Shown in pieces: positions 1-14,040 of a stretch of DNA of 63,759 bases (positions are counted from its first letter, which is position 1; every line of letters begins with the position of its first letter). The translations under genes were made by a program, and so were the position numbers. Below the pieces are notes generated by a model, which saw only the letters and a program-made list of their open reading frames with translations, was not told the DNA's origin and did no database searches. This DNA is from Laetmonice hystrix (lineage: Eukaryota): the NCBI GenBank assembly GCA_965235115.1, contig OZ249437.1, forward strand, positions 33,914,001 through 33,977,759. Reading direction: 5' to 3'.

Positions 1-3000
1 AGGATAGTGTATTTATAGTATTTCTGCACAATTTAATTGTAGCACAGGTATTGCTTCAGTATTGTCAGGGAGGCCCAGGACCTGTTATGTTTTTTTGTTT
101 ACTTATTTTTACTGCAAGGAGATAGTGAACTGAGCAAAGCAGACATTCTCATGTTAAAGCTCAGTTCACAGTCTCAGAGCAGTTGAAAATAACAGCACCC
201 CTCCCCCAAAATATAAAAGGGTTGGAAAGTATTAGTGTATAAGTATGCCCAAATTTCAGGTAAAAAGCACTAAGTTATTGAAACTGCTCTAGCTAGACGA
301 ATTCATGTCAAATATGCCAGAACTGAGGCAGAATCCGATTTGGGTTCCCTGAGTGACCCCTCCCCCCATTCCACCCTCATTATCCCTGCTCATCTATGAA
401 TTTGCCATAATCATTACAGGTGTAGAAAAAACTACCTCAAAGATGTGTGGTTCTGGCATTGATCAGTGGTTCATCAAGCATTTTAGAAGTCGGGTGTTAA
501 TATCATAAATCAATGTTCCAGCGTATCACATATGTTAAAGCTGTGTTTATCATTACAAGTGATCAATATATCCTGAAACTGTAGACAGCGCTTTGTACAT
601 AATAGAGTTGTGACTTGTAAAATTGCTGAATGATTGGTGAATTCTGACACAATCACAGGGCCTCTGGCGTATACGTTTCGGGTGTAGCAATTTGTGTGTG
701 AGATCGAACCATTGCCTTCAAACGAGGGACAAGTGATAGAGACCTACACCTGTCCAGGTAACAGACTTTTATAAGATTCGAAATAACTGAAAACAGTGAA
801 TCTCTGAAACAACTTTTTAAAGAAAACAACTGATCAGATTTTATGACACTATGTATAGTATTTACGTGTTTACCTGTTCTTTCTTCAAGACTTGTTATCA
901 AAACCGAGCCGCCACGTCTGTATAACTAATGTTTAAGAAATGCGACTTTGTTAAGCTCTGCTAAAACATTCGGGTATACAACTTCTACACATATTAAATT
1001 TATAGGACCTTTTAGATCTAACACAGGTCATAGTATCTGTAGTTCTAACCAGTTTGAATGAAAAAAACCGCAACCTTTTCATAAAACTTATGAGATTTGG
1101 TAACTTAGACAAGACTAAAACATTTGACCTTCTATCCAAAGTATATAGCAAATCAGACCCAGGTCGGTGTTTTTTTAAAGGTAGTTGATGAAAAAACGAC
1201 GACAGTCCAGCCTAGTCACACAACAAAACTGTCGGTATGCATGTTATTGAGGTGGCTCTGTGGAATAGCATTACAGCTGGTAATTTTACTGGCCCAACTT
1301 CAGCCACAAGGCATGCCAAAAAAAACCATATTCCATAGCATTAGCCATAGCATGACCAGGACATGAAAGGGATGTAGAAAGGTTACACGCTAGTTTTCAT
1401 AACGACAGTGTACTAGATACTTTAAAATACTATGTATTTTGGTATTTAGCTTTTATGTAGTCCACTGAAACTTTATAACTGCACAAGTGAAAGGGTTTAA
1501 AACTGCCATACATATTGCCTTCAAATAAAGATGTATACGTATCAGGTGTACCCGGTACAAAAAGTAGATCCGGCAGGTAGGCTATTTTCGTAAATAAATT
1601 GTCACTCGGATATGTAGGGTAGCGAGGTAAAGTTCCATATAATCATGTTAAATCTAAAGTAAAGCTGCAGAGGTTGGTAACTGGAATGTTCTTAGAAAAT
1701 GTTTCAGAGGGTTTTTTTTCAAATTCTTTTTACATAGGTATCTTTGTCATGAATGGATCATTTGGTGGGTTTTTTTTGCATCAGCTTTAATTTGGCCAAA
1801 TAATATTTTCAGATCAACTTTCCTTGCTTGATTGAAAACTGGTAGATCAGTTTATGCAACGAATATAGAATTGGTTTATGTAATTGGCTACATTCCATCC
1901 TTGAGGAGAAAAAACAAACAATATTAAATGTGAGATGTTAGCATGTTTGATACTAATATTCTTTAAGCTCGTATTTCGCCATACACGTGTAGTTTATAAC
2001 TTTCAAGGGGTTCAGTGTACTTGCAGACTGGTTACTTGCTCAATATTGTACGATGGAATAAGAGGAGTTTGCTAAAGAAACTATCTTTGTATGTTAACAG
2101 AGGTGAACTCCCGTAACCAACATGACTATAGGAAGGACCAGTTCCGAGATTAAGGGCTTGTAAATTCACGCACAGTTCCCTGTGGGAAGAAGACAGCTGG
2201 GCGTATTGGTCAGATTTGCTGAAATAGACAAACTTTGAGATTGTGTACACTGTATACGTGAAAACTCGATGTACTTGACCTATTCGGCAGAAGGATAGTT
2301 TAAAGATTGTTTACTTCTATGAACACGAAATTTGAATTTTACTCAGTATAATTATCTGTGATGCATATTGATGTGTCCAGGTGTCGGTGCCCTTGAAGCT
2401 TAGCAAGAGGAAACATTTCTGATTGAGCCGAATTACCATCAGTAGGTCCTCCTTAGTGATGACGCTATCTTTCCACCCAACGATTTCTATGCCCACGCGT
2501 AGAACAACCTGTACATAACTGTACATATATTTTTCTACTTCATAGACTTTGTTTCTTAATTTTGTAATGTCGACTTCGCTGTATGAGTGCAGATATTTAA
2601 GAAATTATGATTTGGTACGGAGGGAGCATGCTGCGCTTACAGTGGCTAAGTTCAGGAGAGGATATGGGGCGCGCAAGGATTTCGTTTTCTGTATCATTCA
2701 ACACAGAACGAATTACTTTTTCTTTAGTGTACAAATCAATAGTTTATTATACCGTGTCATTTTACTGACGTTGTAGAATAATCACAGTTATGCGTATTGT
2801 ATTGAATTCATTGTTGCCACTAGCAGAGCAGCTCTGTAGATACTAGCTAGGGCTCCCATTTTTGTGCATAATATAATTTCTTTGAAAGGGGAGGGGCATA
2901 GAACGTTAATGACGTAACTGGATCGGGTGTCAGTTACGGCGACGATTGTACATTCATAAACCGCAGCTTGAAGTGAAATTTGATTACATGTACATGGCAA

Positions 3001-4253
3001 GCATTGTTGAAATCTGTCGTATAAATTTGTAGGACATGGCAACCGTTGCTCAAAACAAATACCTGTGCTATGGAAATCGGTTGCCAATCTACCGAATGAA
3101 ATTAATTTACGGCAGTGTGTAAAATTGTGCAGTTAAGTCTAGATTTTGATTTGTCCTCAGCACTGCCGCCAATGTCTGTGTGCTCCCGGGTTGAGTGAGG
3201 TATATTATTATTTGTATGGTGTGTCTGTAGCAGATATGTAGCTGGCAAATATTGTACTTGTCGGCAGTCGGCTCTAGAAATTAGTGATCAATGTGCAAGT
3301 CCAAATTTAAGCTTCTTGCTGGACTTAATTTTTATCCACCTAGTAGGGCATTTTATGTACTGGTAGTGATAAGTACAACAGTGTATGAATTCGTCGAAGA
3401 AACCTTCAAATTCAAGGTTGGAATATTTGTTTTGAAAAATGACCTGTACATTTTCTGTTGGACATCTTTTTTGTAGAAATATACAAATATATTTTATTAT
3501 ATACAAACCACGAATGGTGCAACATGAATTGTGTACTTAGAGAATTTTGTAATAAATATCATGTAACCCAATGATGTATATTGAGGTTTATCTATTCAAG
3601 GCTGCATAGGTTCCATCGGAGGGAAAGCCAGAGAATGTTTGAGTGGTATATCCCACCGTGGTAACTTCAAACCCGAGAAATTTTGTCGGAAGTAAAGATC
3701 CATAGCACTGACATTATCCCTGACTCCTAACCTCGGTCACGCCTCATGTGGACGTGATGGCTGACTCACATCAGCTTTTTAAATCGACCATTCATGGAAA
3801 CTTTACACATGTGGCTTCTAATTAATTAATATACGTGGATAATATAATTAGGCTTAGATACACCTTTCCCAAATGTGACCATTTTGGAAGCTCTGGTTTT
3901 GCGCCTTTTTGAATGGTTATCAATCAATGCAATGTATATGTATGTCAAACTATCTCGTTCAATCGTTTCTTGAAATCAACAGGGATATAAGGCCTTGAAA
4001 TGGGGCGCGAGACGTAGGCTACTAGGAGCAGAAACAATTATATCTCCACATTTATACAAACATAGAAACAGGACAAGAACACTGAAATAGGGACTTTGGT
4101 CATATTTTTATTATTTCCGGAATGACATTGTTCTCACTGTCACCAGTAGGTGTTTGAATTTCATGCTCGCACATCACAGAGGCCTCGATTCTGATTGGTT
4201 AACCCCACTCCTCCCAGGGGGCGCCATATGCTTCAACTTTCTCTCCTACACAC

Positions 4254-4442
4254 CAGGGGTGCGTTTCACAACATGTCGTTAGCTTGTATCATTAACACCA
4301 ATGTATTTTCAACAGGACAACGACGGTTGTGAAACGCACTCCAGGGGTGCGTTTCACAACCTGTTGTTAGCTTGTATCGTAAACACCACAATGGAGATTT
4401 TTACGCACGACAGGGTTACGATTGTTGTGAAACGCACCCCAG
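4254..4442. mobile_element. Two tandem PIF/Harbinger-like MITEs (4257-4341 and 4345-4439) sharing CAG target duplications
   Basis: TIR GGGTGCGTTTCACAAC ... GTTGTGAAACGCAC(T/C)C on both units, with CAG at 4254-56, 4342-44 and 4440-42. A 3-bp CWG TSD and G-rich termini fit PIF/Harbinger. Confidence 0.8.
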
Positions 4443-5647
4443 GGTTCGCATTCCACGATCTGGTATAATAAACTACCACCTACATAACTGTAATGTTTGC
4501 ATACAAAACACCAGCAATTCAAATTTAACGGCATCAACTCTTTGAAAAACTGTCATTACGTTTTCTTCTTATTGCTGCATTGTACAGTGAACATCTGCTA
4601 TGACGAACGTCAACTGCAGAAAAGGCTCTTCATATAATATACAGAAAATCAATAGAATGGAATGTGGGCTAAATAATTAAGAAGTGAAATTCAGGAAGAT
4701 AAGCAAAGAAATTCAATGCTGGAATATAGATTATCACTTACAAATCTCATTTTGGAATAGCCAAGTATAGGAATGACCTTACAGCAGCAGGCACATAAAT
4801 CTACAAGGAATACACAAAAAATAATCCATGGCATTTAACCTGGAAGAAGTTTTGACTTAGGCTGAGATTGGACAGTAGCCAAAGTCACAATTATGGTCCC
4901 ATTTTTCAAATCAATTACATTGTCGATATGAATTGAAAATCCTTGGCGTAACATTGAAGATGGAAAACTCCACTCACTCAATGAACAGTTGAAATCAAAT
5001 ACACACATTTGTTGAGGTAAATGTTTCAAAACAAGCATTTGTTTAGGCAGTTGCGGGCAGCTCTTATTCACTGCAACCACATTTTTGAAGTCAACCAGTC
5101 AAGTTCCAGACACTAGTATCTTGTGGTTGAGGTTTAATCCACCATGACCCCCAGAGTAGATTAAATATAACTACAGTGCAAAGCTGATACAGTTTAACAG
5201 AATTCTCGCAGCCATTGATATTGTACCGCAATAATAAATTTTACTTCTATTGCTTTATCTAGCATATTCTTTTTTATCAACTAACGAGTTCCTTGCAATG
5301 TTTCGCCTAAAAAAAATCTTTTCAAAAATATAGCACCTGTTCCTAATTTAATGCTGACTTTCACTCTTTTTTTGCAATACATGTATAGCATGCTGACACA
5401 ATGAAATACAGGACTCATTTACCAAATATTCCAAAGGTTTTGGCCGTTTTCTTCCACAACTTACAACCACAAGAAAAAAAAACACCTGCAAATGCAGTAA
5501 GAAATTGTCGTGATGACAGTGAAGAATCATGAAAGCTTCATTTTGTGCACAGTTCTGTCACATAATCTCACTCATGACATCTGAAATTACATACATTTCT
5601 ACTGCTACATTTCTGCCCTACTTATAAAATTATTCTTGTACATACAA

Positions 5648-5653
5648 TTTATT
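5648..5653 (-). terminator. Candidate polyadenylation signal (AATAAA) of the MRLC gene
   Basis: TTTATT on the plus strand about 200 nt past the MRLC stop codon. Motif and position only. Confidence 0.45.
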
Positions 5654-5849
5654 TCCTGCCCATGTACAACGGCTGTAATGTTGAATGTATAGAAAAGATG
5701 CGCCGATATACAAATATTAATACCTCAGATTGTGTTTTCCCTTTCCGGGGAGCAGAAGCGCCTGGTGTGGGAAGCCGACATTGTTCTGTATTTCTATCCT
5801 CTCCAATGGACCGGACCTGTGAACGCACACGTGTGAAGATGGTGGATGA

Positions 5850-8800
5850 CTAATCGTCATCCTTGTCCTTCTTACCGTGTTTGAGGATACGTGTGAATTC
5901 AATGTAGTCAAAGTTACCACCCTTGATTGGTGCCTCCTTGTACATCTCATCAACCTACAACAATCAATGTGGGGATCAGGTAAGAACCAAATTCCTGCAT
6001 TAAATTCTATTATATAGCAAAGGCAGCACACTGACCAGTTTTAACAAATTACCATATTATATTCATATGAAAGCGATATTTCACTCCATGTGAAAGCACA
6101 GCAACTCATGTCCAAAGCAGCTAGGTTACTTTAAAATGACCTGGCTAACTACATAAACTCAATGCCCAGACCTCAATTCAGTTACGTTGTATATTTGAAA
6201 ATCTCCAAAATGGACTTTGGCAATAAAGAATAGGGTTTTGCACTTCAGATGACACTGTGATATTAAAACATACTTAGAACACAATTTAGTAAACTGAAAG
6301 GTCCGACCATACTGACCTCCTCGTCTGTGAACCGATCTCCCATAGTCGTGAGCAGCTCCCTTAACCGATCCTCATGGATCCAGCCTGTACACACAACAAC
6401 ATTTATGGACTTTTTATATTTGATGAAGGCTGAGAATATGTACCATTATAGAACACCTTTATACATCTCTCCTGAGTACCCCTGCAAACGTTCCCTCTGC
6501 TCTTTTTAGAAAAAAAAAATTCGGTAAAGATTTCACCAGCTTATGCATACTAAATAACTTATATACTTTATATTTCAAATGTATACTTTGCCTGGTTCCA
6601 CACAATTAATGAGATCCATCATGACAATATTTGGTGAGGAAAACTGGTGATAGAACACAGCATTTAGATATTTCTGCATGGAAGATAATTTTGATCTCAA
6701 TATATGTATATTCTAACATCATAAAACTAGGACGATCCACATTACAACTATAGCCACAATGTCTAAATCATGTATGCACTGACATGCTGTCATGAGTTGG
6801 TCATCCGATCGTGCCATGTGTGACGCTCAGGGATCATAATATGTCACCTTGGGCCAGAGCTGAACCCATTCAGGCAACATAATATAACGTCCAGATGTCA
6901 CGTACTGTGAGTAAATTTGTCACTTTGGTGTACACAGAAGATTTCCCAGATACGACAGGCCAAGTGACCTTGTTGGCCAGGGAAGGACAAACACGGGATA
7001 CTTTTATTACATGAGCCAGTCTAGTAATAGGACTTGTCTGCTGACAAATTCTATCAGTTGATTAGGAGCCTTATCTGTAAGTGAAACCTATGGCCCTTCT
7101 TAACTGCAGTCCCTTATATTAAACACACAGACACGGCTGGTAATTCTGCTATCTTCATGTGTGTCAACTAAGAAACCACTGTGCAAACAGAGCCAGGAAA
7201 ACCTTTACCTGATATTGTCTGGAATTGACCTGATAATTACTGTATAAGTAAGTGCTCCACCAAAATCAGCACTGTTTGGACAATGGGGAAATGTTAACAC
7301 ACTCAATACAAGGGCAAGAACCATTTTTGCCTTACAAATTGTCAAGCCTTGAAATAAAAATTGCTTTTATTTAAAATAAAACAAACCTGTGTTTTCTTCG
7401 TCGAAACAGCCAAAGGCATTCTTGATGACATCCTCGGGGTCTGTGCCATTGAGTTTCTCTCCAAACATGGTGAGGAACATGGTGAAGTTGATTGGTCCTG
7501 GGGCCTCCACCATCATACCATCCAGGTATGGGTCGGACGGGTTCTTACCTGAAACGTCAAGTTATTATGTCACAGTCAGGGAAAACGGTAACGTCAAAAA
7601 AGGCTCAGATTCAGACTAAAGGCATGTCAATAAAAGTATGTGGCAGGACAAAGGGCTGAAAACAGACCCCTGTCATTCATATCAGTTTATTATTATGATC
7701 TACAAGGTCAGCCTAAAACATTTGGAAATTTCCTGGGATAGTATATTTTGTGTGAAGGACCTATAAGGCATTTTTTGGTGGGAGATCCACACCCTAAAAA
7801 AGGTAAGAGAGCCTTGAAGTCTTACATTCCATACACATTCTTGTCCGACTTCTAAGCTGGGATCTGAAAGTCCTAACTTAAAGTTAAAACCTTTTCAGGG
7901 TGCTCCAAGCCAGGACCAAGACAGTTTATGACCGCCCTCACTACCCACTGATCTGAGACCGCTGACTCAGGAAGGGTCAATCGGATCATCAGTTGTGGAA
8001 TTTAAAACCCTGCCTGTTTACAAAACTGTGTCAGGGTCCAGCCCTGGGCATTTAGGGTCACTGCGGGTCACCACAGGGTTGTGAGCGTCTGCCCGATGCA
8101 GGCTTAGCAGACCATGACCAGCTCCTGCCCCACATGGGCTCCAATGCGGGCAGGCGGCCTGCCTGCCTGCCTTCCGTCTTCTCAGCACAGCTGTATGTAT
8201 GCGGTAACGACAGCCCCCCCCCCCCCATCCTGCTGGATGCCTTCATACCTAATATGGACATCCTCAGGTCTATGTATACCCGGGAGCTTCACCGCAGCCT
8301 CGCCGCAAGTGAACTAAAAACATTTACAAAATGACAATATATGCACCTGGTCTCCCCCAGTATTTACTTCATGCGTGGCGCAATACCACCATTTGCCATA
8401 CAGAAATGGCACATATATCTTGAAGGTTCTGAAAATATTTCCAAAAGAATACTATGCCCATCTCTGTTATAAACTATGAGACCCATGCAATCCTTCAATT
8501 CTCCACATACACGGCATGCTCCCACCTTCTCTGTGAAATTACTGCATGCAAGGCTAAGTGCTTCCTTCCAATATCATGACTTGATACTTTTTATGAGTGA
8601 CATAGCTATGTGATTATTCAGTCAGTGTAACCATTCATTAGGTCGCGGTCTGACGTTAGCCAAACACTGTAACAGTGCCGCGAGGTCAAGCCAACACAAA
8701 CTCTAACAGGACCTGCCTCTACAGTGTCTTATTTCGCAGGACGTCCTGTGTTACGACATATAAATGTCTGAACTCTCGGCGCTAATGTTTAATGCTGCGA

Positions 8801-11800
8801 TAACAGGACTACTAACTTCCTAAATACTGCCAGATAAAATGCCAGTAGCAAAGAGCAACAGATTGAGATTTCCTTGGAAACACAGCCTCAGGAATAATGT
8901 CTGATACTAGTGATGGGATCTTGGTTACTGCTTGCACAAAGGCCAAGTTGTGGCAAGTGACATTTGCAGATGTCTGTAAGCCCTGCGCTGCCATCCACTT
9001 CCCTGCCGTTTCTCATGTGGCATTTGCAGAATGTGAACGGAACTGAGAAACCAGACATGTGCCCTAAAGTTGACAGCCACTACCAACTTAACTTTATACC
9101 CACTCATTTCTGTTTATTTTCTTAACTCTGTATTATGATTTACCTTTCTTTGAGTATGCAGGACATGAAAATGATTACTTTGTATTATCCTACTCAACTG
9201 TTCCTTTTTAAAGTACAACATGTAATTATAAAGAACCTGCAGTATCATAATACATATTATCATTACTGCCAATAATGGTCATTAATTAGTAATTTAAGTG
9301 GCATAAAATGTGAAGCATATAAAATGATTTTAATAACACTGTCCGTAAGTAAGACTTTTGTGCTTCTGTAGCAGTCTTTGCAAAATGTAGCCTGTGGCAG
9401 TGGGGGCAGCTGGAGAGGGTGGGAGCAGGGGTTAGGAGGGAGCGAGGGGTTAGGAGGGAGCCCTGGCCTGAGGTATTGTTATCGGTAACTGGGGCCACTG
9501 AAAGGTCACAACATGCAGGCAGGCTTTACTTACAGCTGCACCCACCAGGAACTGAACATATTTAAAGTTGACATTATAAGACAGATCTAAAATATTTAGG
9601 GCTCTGGCTACTGAACTCATCAAACAGTGGTCTTGGTTCTGAGGATATAGGGACAAATAAAGGAATCTACGGATTTATACCCCCATAAAACATGAACTTG
9701 TTTTAGTGGACACTCCAGCTATATACCTCTGTTCTTTGGGAGTTTTACTTATATATGACACATTCTGTACGGATTGTTGCATCAACCTTCCTAAATATAC
9801 ATTCATTTTTCAGAATTTGATGGCATTATGGATTCAGGTGGAATCCAAGATCCATAAAGACTTTCTAAAATTAAAATCAGTGAAACCACATTCAGTAAAA
9901 CATTACTTGGTATTTTGCTTTACATCAAAATACCTCAAGGCATCAGTCACTGACTCCATGCAGCCAATACCTGCATCCTCTGGCAAGTGACAATTTTTTT
10001 TCAGGCAAATAGCCAAATAAATTTACATGTTGCTGCATAAAACAAAAGCATTCATTACAAATACGAGTGGTGCCTTTTTTTACCTTTCACCATCCATACA
10101 GGACCCATTTTAAAGAAACAAATCACATCCATAACGCCATGTGTATGTCAAGGCATGATGGCATGTAAATATTCAGTGCCAGGCCAGTGACCATCGAACT
10201 GAACTATCCTGGACTATTACCACAGTCAACACCTAAAATGGGGCAAAGCAAAGTTAAACCCCCAGCATGGAATCAAGTTGTTCATACTGGCTACTGTAAC
10301 ACATATAGGGAAATTGCCCGACCTTGAGTCAGGCCCAAGAGAGCGGAACAATTTCTGAGTGCAGGAATTTCTGTGGCTGAGTCAGTGTTCAGGCAATGAC
10401 ACATGTCCCTCTCTAAGTCACACCGAGGCTGAGGTCAATGGGTTCACAAATAGAGGGAATGCGAGGACACCAGTCAGCACTCAACACACCAACACTACAT
10501 TATTGATGCTAACACTAACAGTGGTGCTGTTCTGGTTCTAACCCCCTGAAATAGGTAGGAGGTATTCAATAACCCTGATCCAAATGGCACCAAAGTCCTT
10601 TTTTATCTAACAAAAAAAAATCATTTGGAAGTTCATGAATTTTAAAGATAGTAGCACCTCAATCTATTGAAATCAAGGCCTATGAGAAAATGAGTATGAA
10701 TGTCCTGAGTATGCTTTTAGACTGCACCCTCTGCACATGGCAAGATGGTATCAATAAATGGGACGGTTAAATTGATTCAGTAGTGCAATAGTAAAACATG
10801 AACAGACTTCAATCAATGAGTCATGTATTACCTTGTTGGTTCATGTTCTCTATCTATACCTGCTCCTCCTCTTTAGTTATGATCTGGGCATAGTCTCTGT
10901 ATAGTGTATCCTGGCCTTACTGACACGGGATATATATGACTTACTGGTAATAAGCACTGGTATGGTTTGTTGGAATGATGACTAGGAAGCCTCATTTAGT
11001 GAGCAAGTTTCTTGTAGGTCTGCATGTTCTATTTTTACTAAAATATGATGGACGAACGTTACAGGATGGTTGGTAGGATCTTTTCCTCTAACCGAGAACA
11101 AACAACACCCAAGGCTTGAAATAAGTTTGGAGGGGCCTGGAGCAATTTTGCTATTCATTGTGTTTGTTTGAGGAGCAATTTTTGATTTGCAATTTCCTGA
11201 GACTTATGTAAATAAAATGAATCAAATATTGTAGTGTTTGATTTAAAAAAAATAAAAATTAGAATAACAATCATTGGAAATAACAGTCACTTCAAAGTGG
11301 ATAAAATTACAAGGGCTACAGGAAAAGCAATTGAAAGGCTGGATGAATATAATATTTAGTATCAAAGCACAACATCACTGATAACACTTGTAATTAGACA
11401 AACAGGTATGGATCCAGCGTTTTGGAAACTGTGTGTGTGTGTGTGTGTGGGGGGGGGGGGGAGACAACAGAAATATGGCAGAAGTGGTGTCCAAAATGGG
11501 CAATCATGAAGCTCTTAAATTGGGAATAAGTAAGGAAAATTAATGCCAAATGGGGGAGAGGGGGCTGCATTGATTAATATAAAGCTAGTTTTTGTGCTAG
11601 GGTCTAGACTGGGATAGAAAGTACATCTCCATATCTAGGTATAGACCTCAGGGTTCTCGCCAGAAATTTTCGACAGCGTAGTGGTCAAACTAAGGGCAGA
11701 GCCCTGGTTAGGGGTACAGGAGGGGCAAACCCCAAACTCAGGTAATTTAGGCTATTTTAGAGCCTTATCTTGCGGTCTAGATAGTCAGATGAGAAAGGTT

Positions 11801-13592
11801 TGTTAAACTGGACAGTAAACAAGCGACATTTTACCGGTATTCCTTTGGGTTCTGTTGAATTTAGACAAGTTTTTGCCGCTACGCTGGTCAAGAGACAATG
11901 TAGCGGCCTCAAAGACAGTGTAGTGGCCTAAATACACAGCGTAGCGGCCCACTACGCTGAAAAAGGCTGGCGAGAACGCTGGACCTGGACTAGACTATGT
12001 TTATTAGCTGTTCAATGCCTCATGAGAAAGGTTCATGTAACCACCAGCATCTCACCACATGGGGATGCGGGCATGTGGCGGGACCAGGCTCACAGACCCC
12101 TGCAACTGGTGATTCGCAATTTTGCTATCCATGAGTTAGTTATGTATCGCAAAACGTGAATATTGGATCGCAAACTGTGATGCGATACCTCTTATTTTGA
12201 GCCTTGAACACCCAATGCAACAATGACATGTTATCTTTAAGAATTTCATGACTGACCCTAAGACACCTACATATTCACAAAGCGAGTTGTCTTGAAATCA
12301 TCCATCACCAGTAGACACTAGGTAAGGTCTATGTTGGCAGAAAGTGCGGTCTTGTGATTTTGTAAGGCATGTTATCAATTAATTAAATAAATGAAAAATA
12401 GTAGATTGACATCATTCCCAGTGATGTTAATCTACTAAATTTGTATGTCTGGCACCTTTTATAGACGGCCAACTGTGAATGGTATTATGGGAAGCATGGG
12501 CAACAGCTGCCTGTTGAGCTCAATACCGTACCTGACTTGAGCCGAATGGGCACAGAGTCTGAGACATTATGCACTGTAGCAGCATATGTGTCATGGAGCT
12601 TGACATCTGCCTGTTTACTATCTACAATCTAGACTAACAGGAAATTATCCCTGAACAAAAACCAAAGGCAGGATCTTTCAACCTGTAGGCACATATATAT
12701 CAGCGCACTAAAATACATGTTGCCTACAAGCCTGGTTATTAATTCATCCAGTAGAACTATCCCAGGTCATACCCGTCCTTCACCAGAGTACCCCACGAAG
12801 ACATCTAGGCTCCTGTGTCATCTCATCTCCAGATTTTGCTAAAACATGCAATTCTGGGGTGCGTTTCTTATCATGTCGTTAGCTTGTCGTATCGGTAACG
12901 TCAATGCAATTTCTTTTTCAATGGGGATTTTAACCGTGACGGGATAACGATAGATGAGAAATGCACCCCTGGTGTACAGCTATGGCTGAAATCTTCCTAT
13001 TGCCAGATGTCCGGGGCATGGTTGGGCAAGTCCAGCAGACCAAAGTAGACAATAGCCCGATGGCTTGTGCCCTGATCCAACATAGCCTTAATAATGTCAA
13101 GTATAGATGGTATGTAGTGGAATTTTGTAGTCACTTGTCAGGACTGTGGCAAGTGATCAATTTGAAAAATCGGCCACCTATGGTGTTAGAATGGCTGTAA
13201 ATGTTATTGCTGAACTGAGCTGAAAGATAGCTCGGTGGCTACTAGTGGGTGGGCACTTTAGATCCAAGCTTTGCTTAGCATGTGGGCAATTAGTGAGGGG
13301 CATGCAACGCGTGTACACAAAAGTGATGTATACATGTTTCTGTGGAATTATGGAATAGTTGACAGGTGCATAAACATGGCACCTTTTATAGAAAACAGTT
13401 ACACTCACCTAGAGATGCAAGCATGTCATGGAGGTCTTCTTTGTCAATAAAACCATCACGATTTTGGTCGATCATGTTAAAAGCTTCCTTAAACTCCTGT
13501 ATTTGTGCTTGATCAAACATGGCAAAGACATTGGAGGTGGCACGTTGGGCCCTCTTCTTGGTGGCCTTCCCTTTAGTTTTACGGCTCGACAT
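5850..13592 (-). CDS. MYL12/sqh: Non-muscle/smooth-muscle myosin regulatory light chain, 172 aa, 4 coding exons
   Basis: join(13592-13409, 7548-7387, 6384-6317, 5954-5850) = 519 nt, all GT-AG, phases 1/1/0. Translation [67 protein letters not shown]...[23 protein letters not shown]...[48 protein letters not shown]. The T18/S19 phosphorylation motif and EF-hands are intact. Confidence 0.97.
11649..11981. mobile_element. hAT-like MITE in an MRLC intron
   Basis: TIR CAGGGTTCTCGCCAG ... CTGGCGAGAACGCTG, flanked by the direct repeat GACCT (5 bp). Confidence 0.7.
12854..12971. mobile_element. Third copy of the Harbinger-like MITE family (12857-12968)
   Basis: GGGTGCGTTTC ... GAAATGCACCC with CTG on both sides. 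The internal CATGTCGTTAGCTTGT is shared with the copy at 4257. Confidence 0.75.
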
Positions 13593-13784
13593 TTTGAATG
13601 CTGTAGATGGTCCCTGGAAAAGAAAAGAAATCTTTTGAAACATCAGCAGGTATGGGACAAGTACGAATGAATTATTATAATTGCAAAAAGATTTCTTTAA
13701 GGTAGTCAGGCCTGCAATTACAGAAAATTAAGATACAGTAGAGCGGTCAAAATTAAGGATTTTCCCACGGAAGCAAAAAATAGC

Positions 13785-14000
13785 TTCCACAGGAAAAAAC
13801 CCACACCCCAGGGCGAACCCCTACTTTTATCGATAGAGCGCAAGAGATCTTTAATGTGCCCCCCCCCCCACATAGATGTATGGTGACACAGCAGGCCTTT
13901 GATAAAGCAGTCGGTAACACTGCTATGCAGGAAACTCCAGTGCAGCCACGGCTTAAACTCGTAACCTTTGGTCCAGCTTTCTAATCACTGCGCCACCCTG
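13785..14000 (-). mobile_element. tRNA-derived SINE
   Basis: The minus strand reads TGGCGCAGTGATTAG (A-box-like, 13995-13981) and GAGTTTAAGCC (degenerate B-box, 13960-13950), followed by a non-tRNA body. There is no intact cloverleaf, and the 3' boundary is approximate. Confidence 0.55.
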
Positions 14001-14040
14001 GAACCCCCGCTCCATTTGTACTTCCCATGGCATCTATGAT

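Noticed and set aside
688-757. Possible exon QFVCEIEPLPSNEGQVIETYTCP(G), resembling a C-type lectin FxCE end
   Set aside because: The acceptor is weak and I could find no phase-compatible neighbouring exons.
871-925. Minus-strand donor ACAG|GTAAAC near a GGCGGC motif, a possible first exon of a gene leaving the window
   Set aside because: No ATG, and no open downstream exon could be assembled in 1-870.
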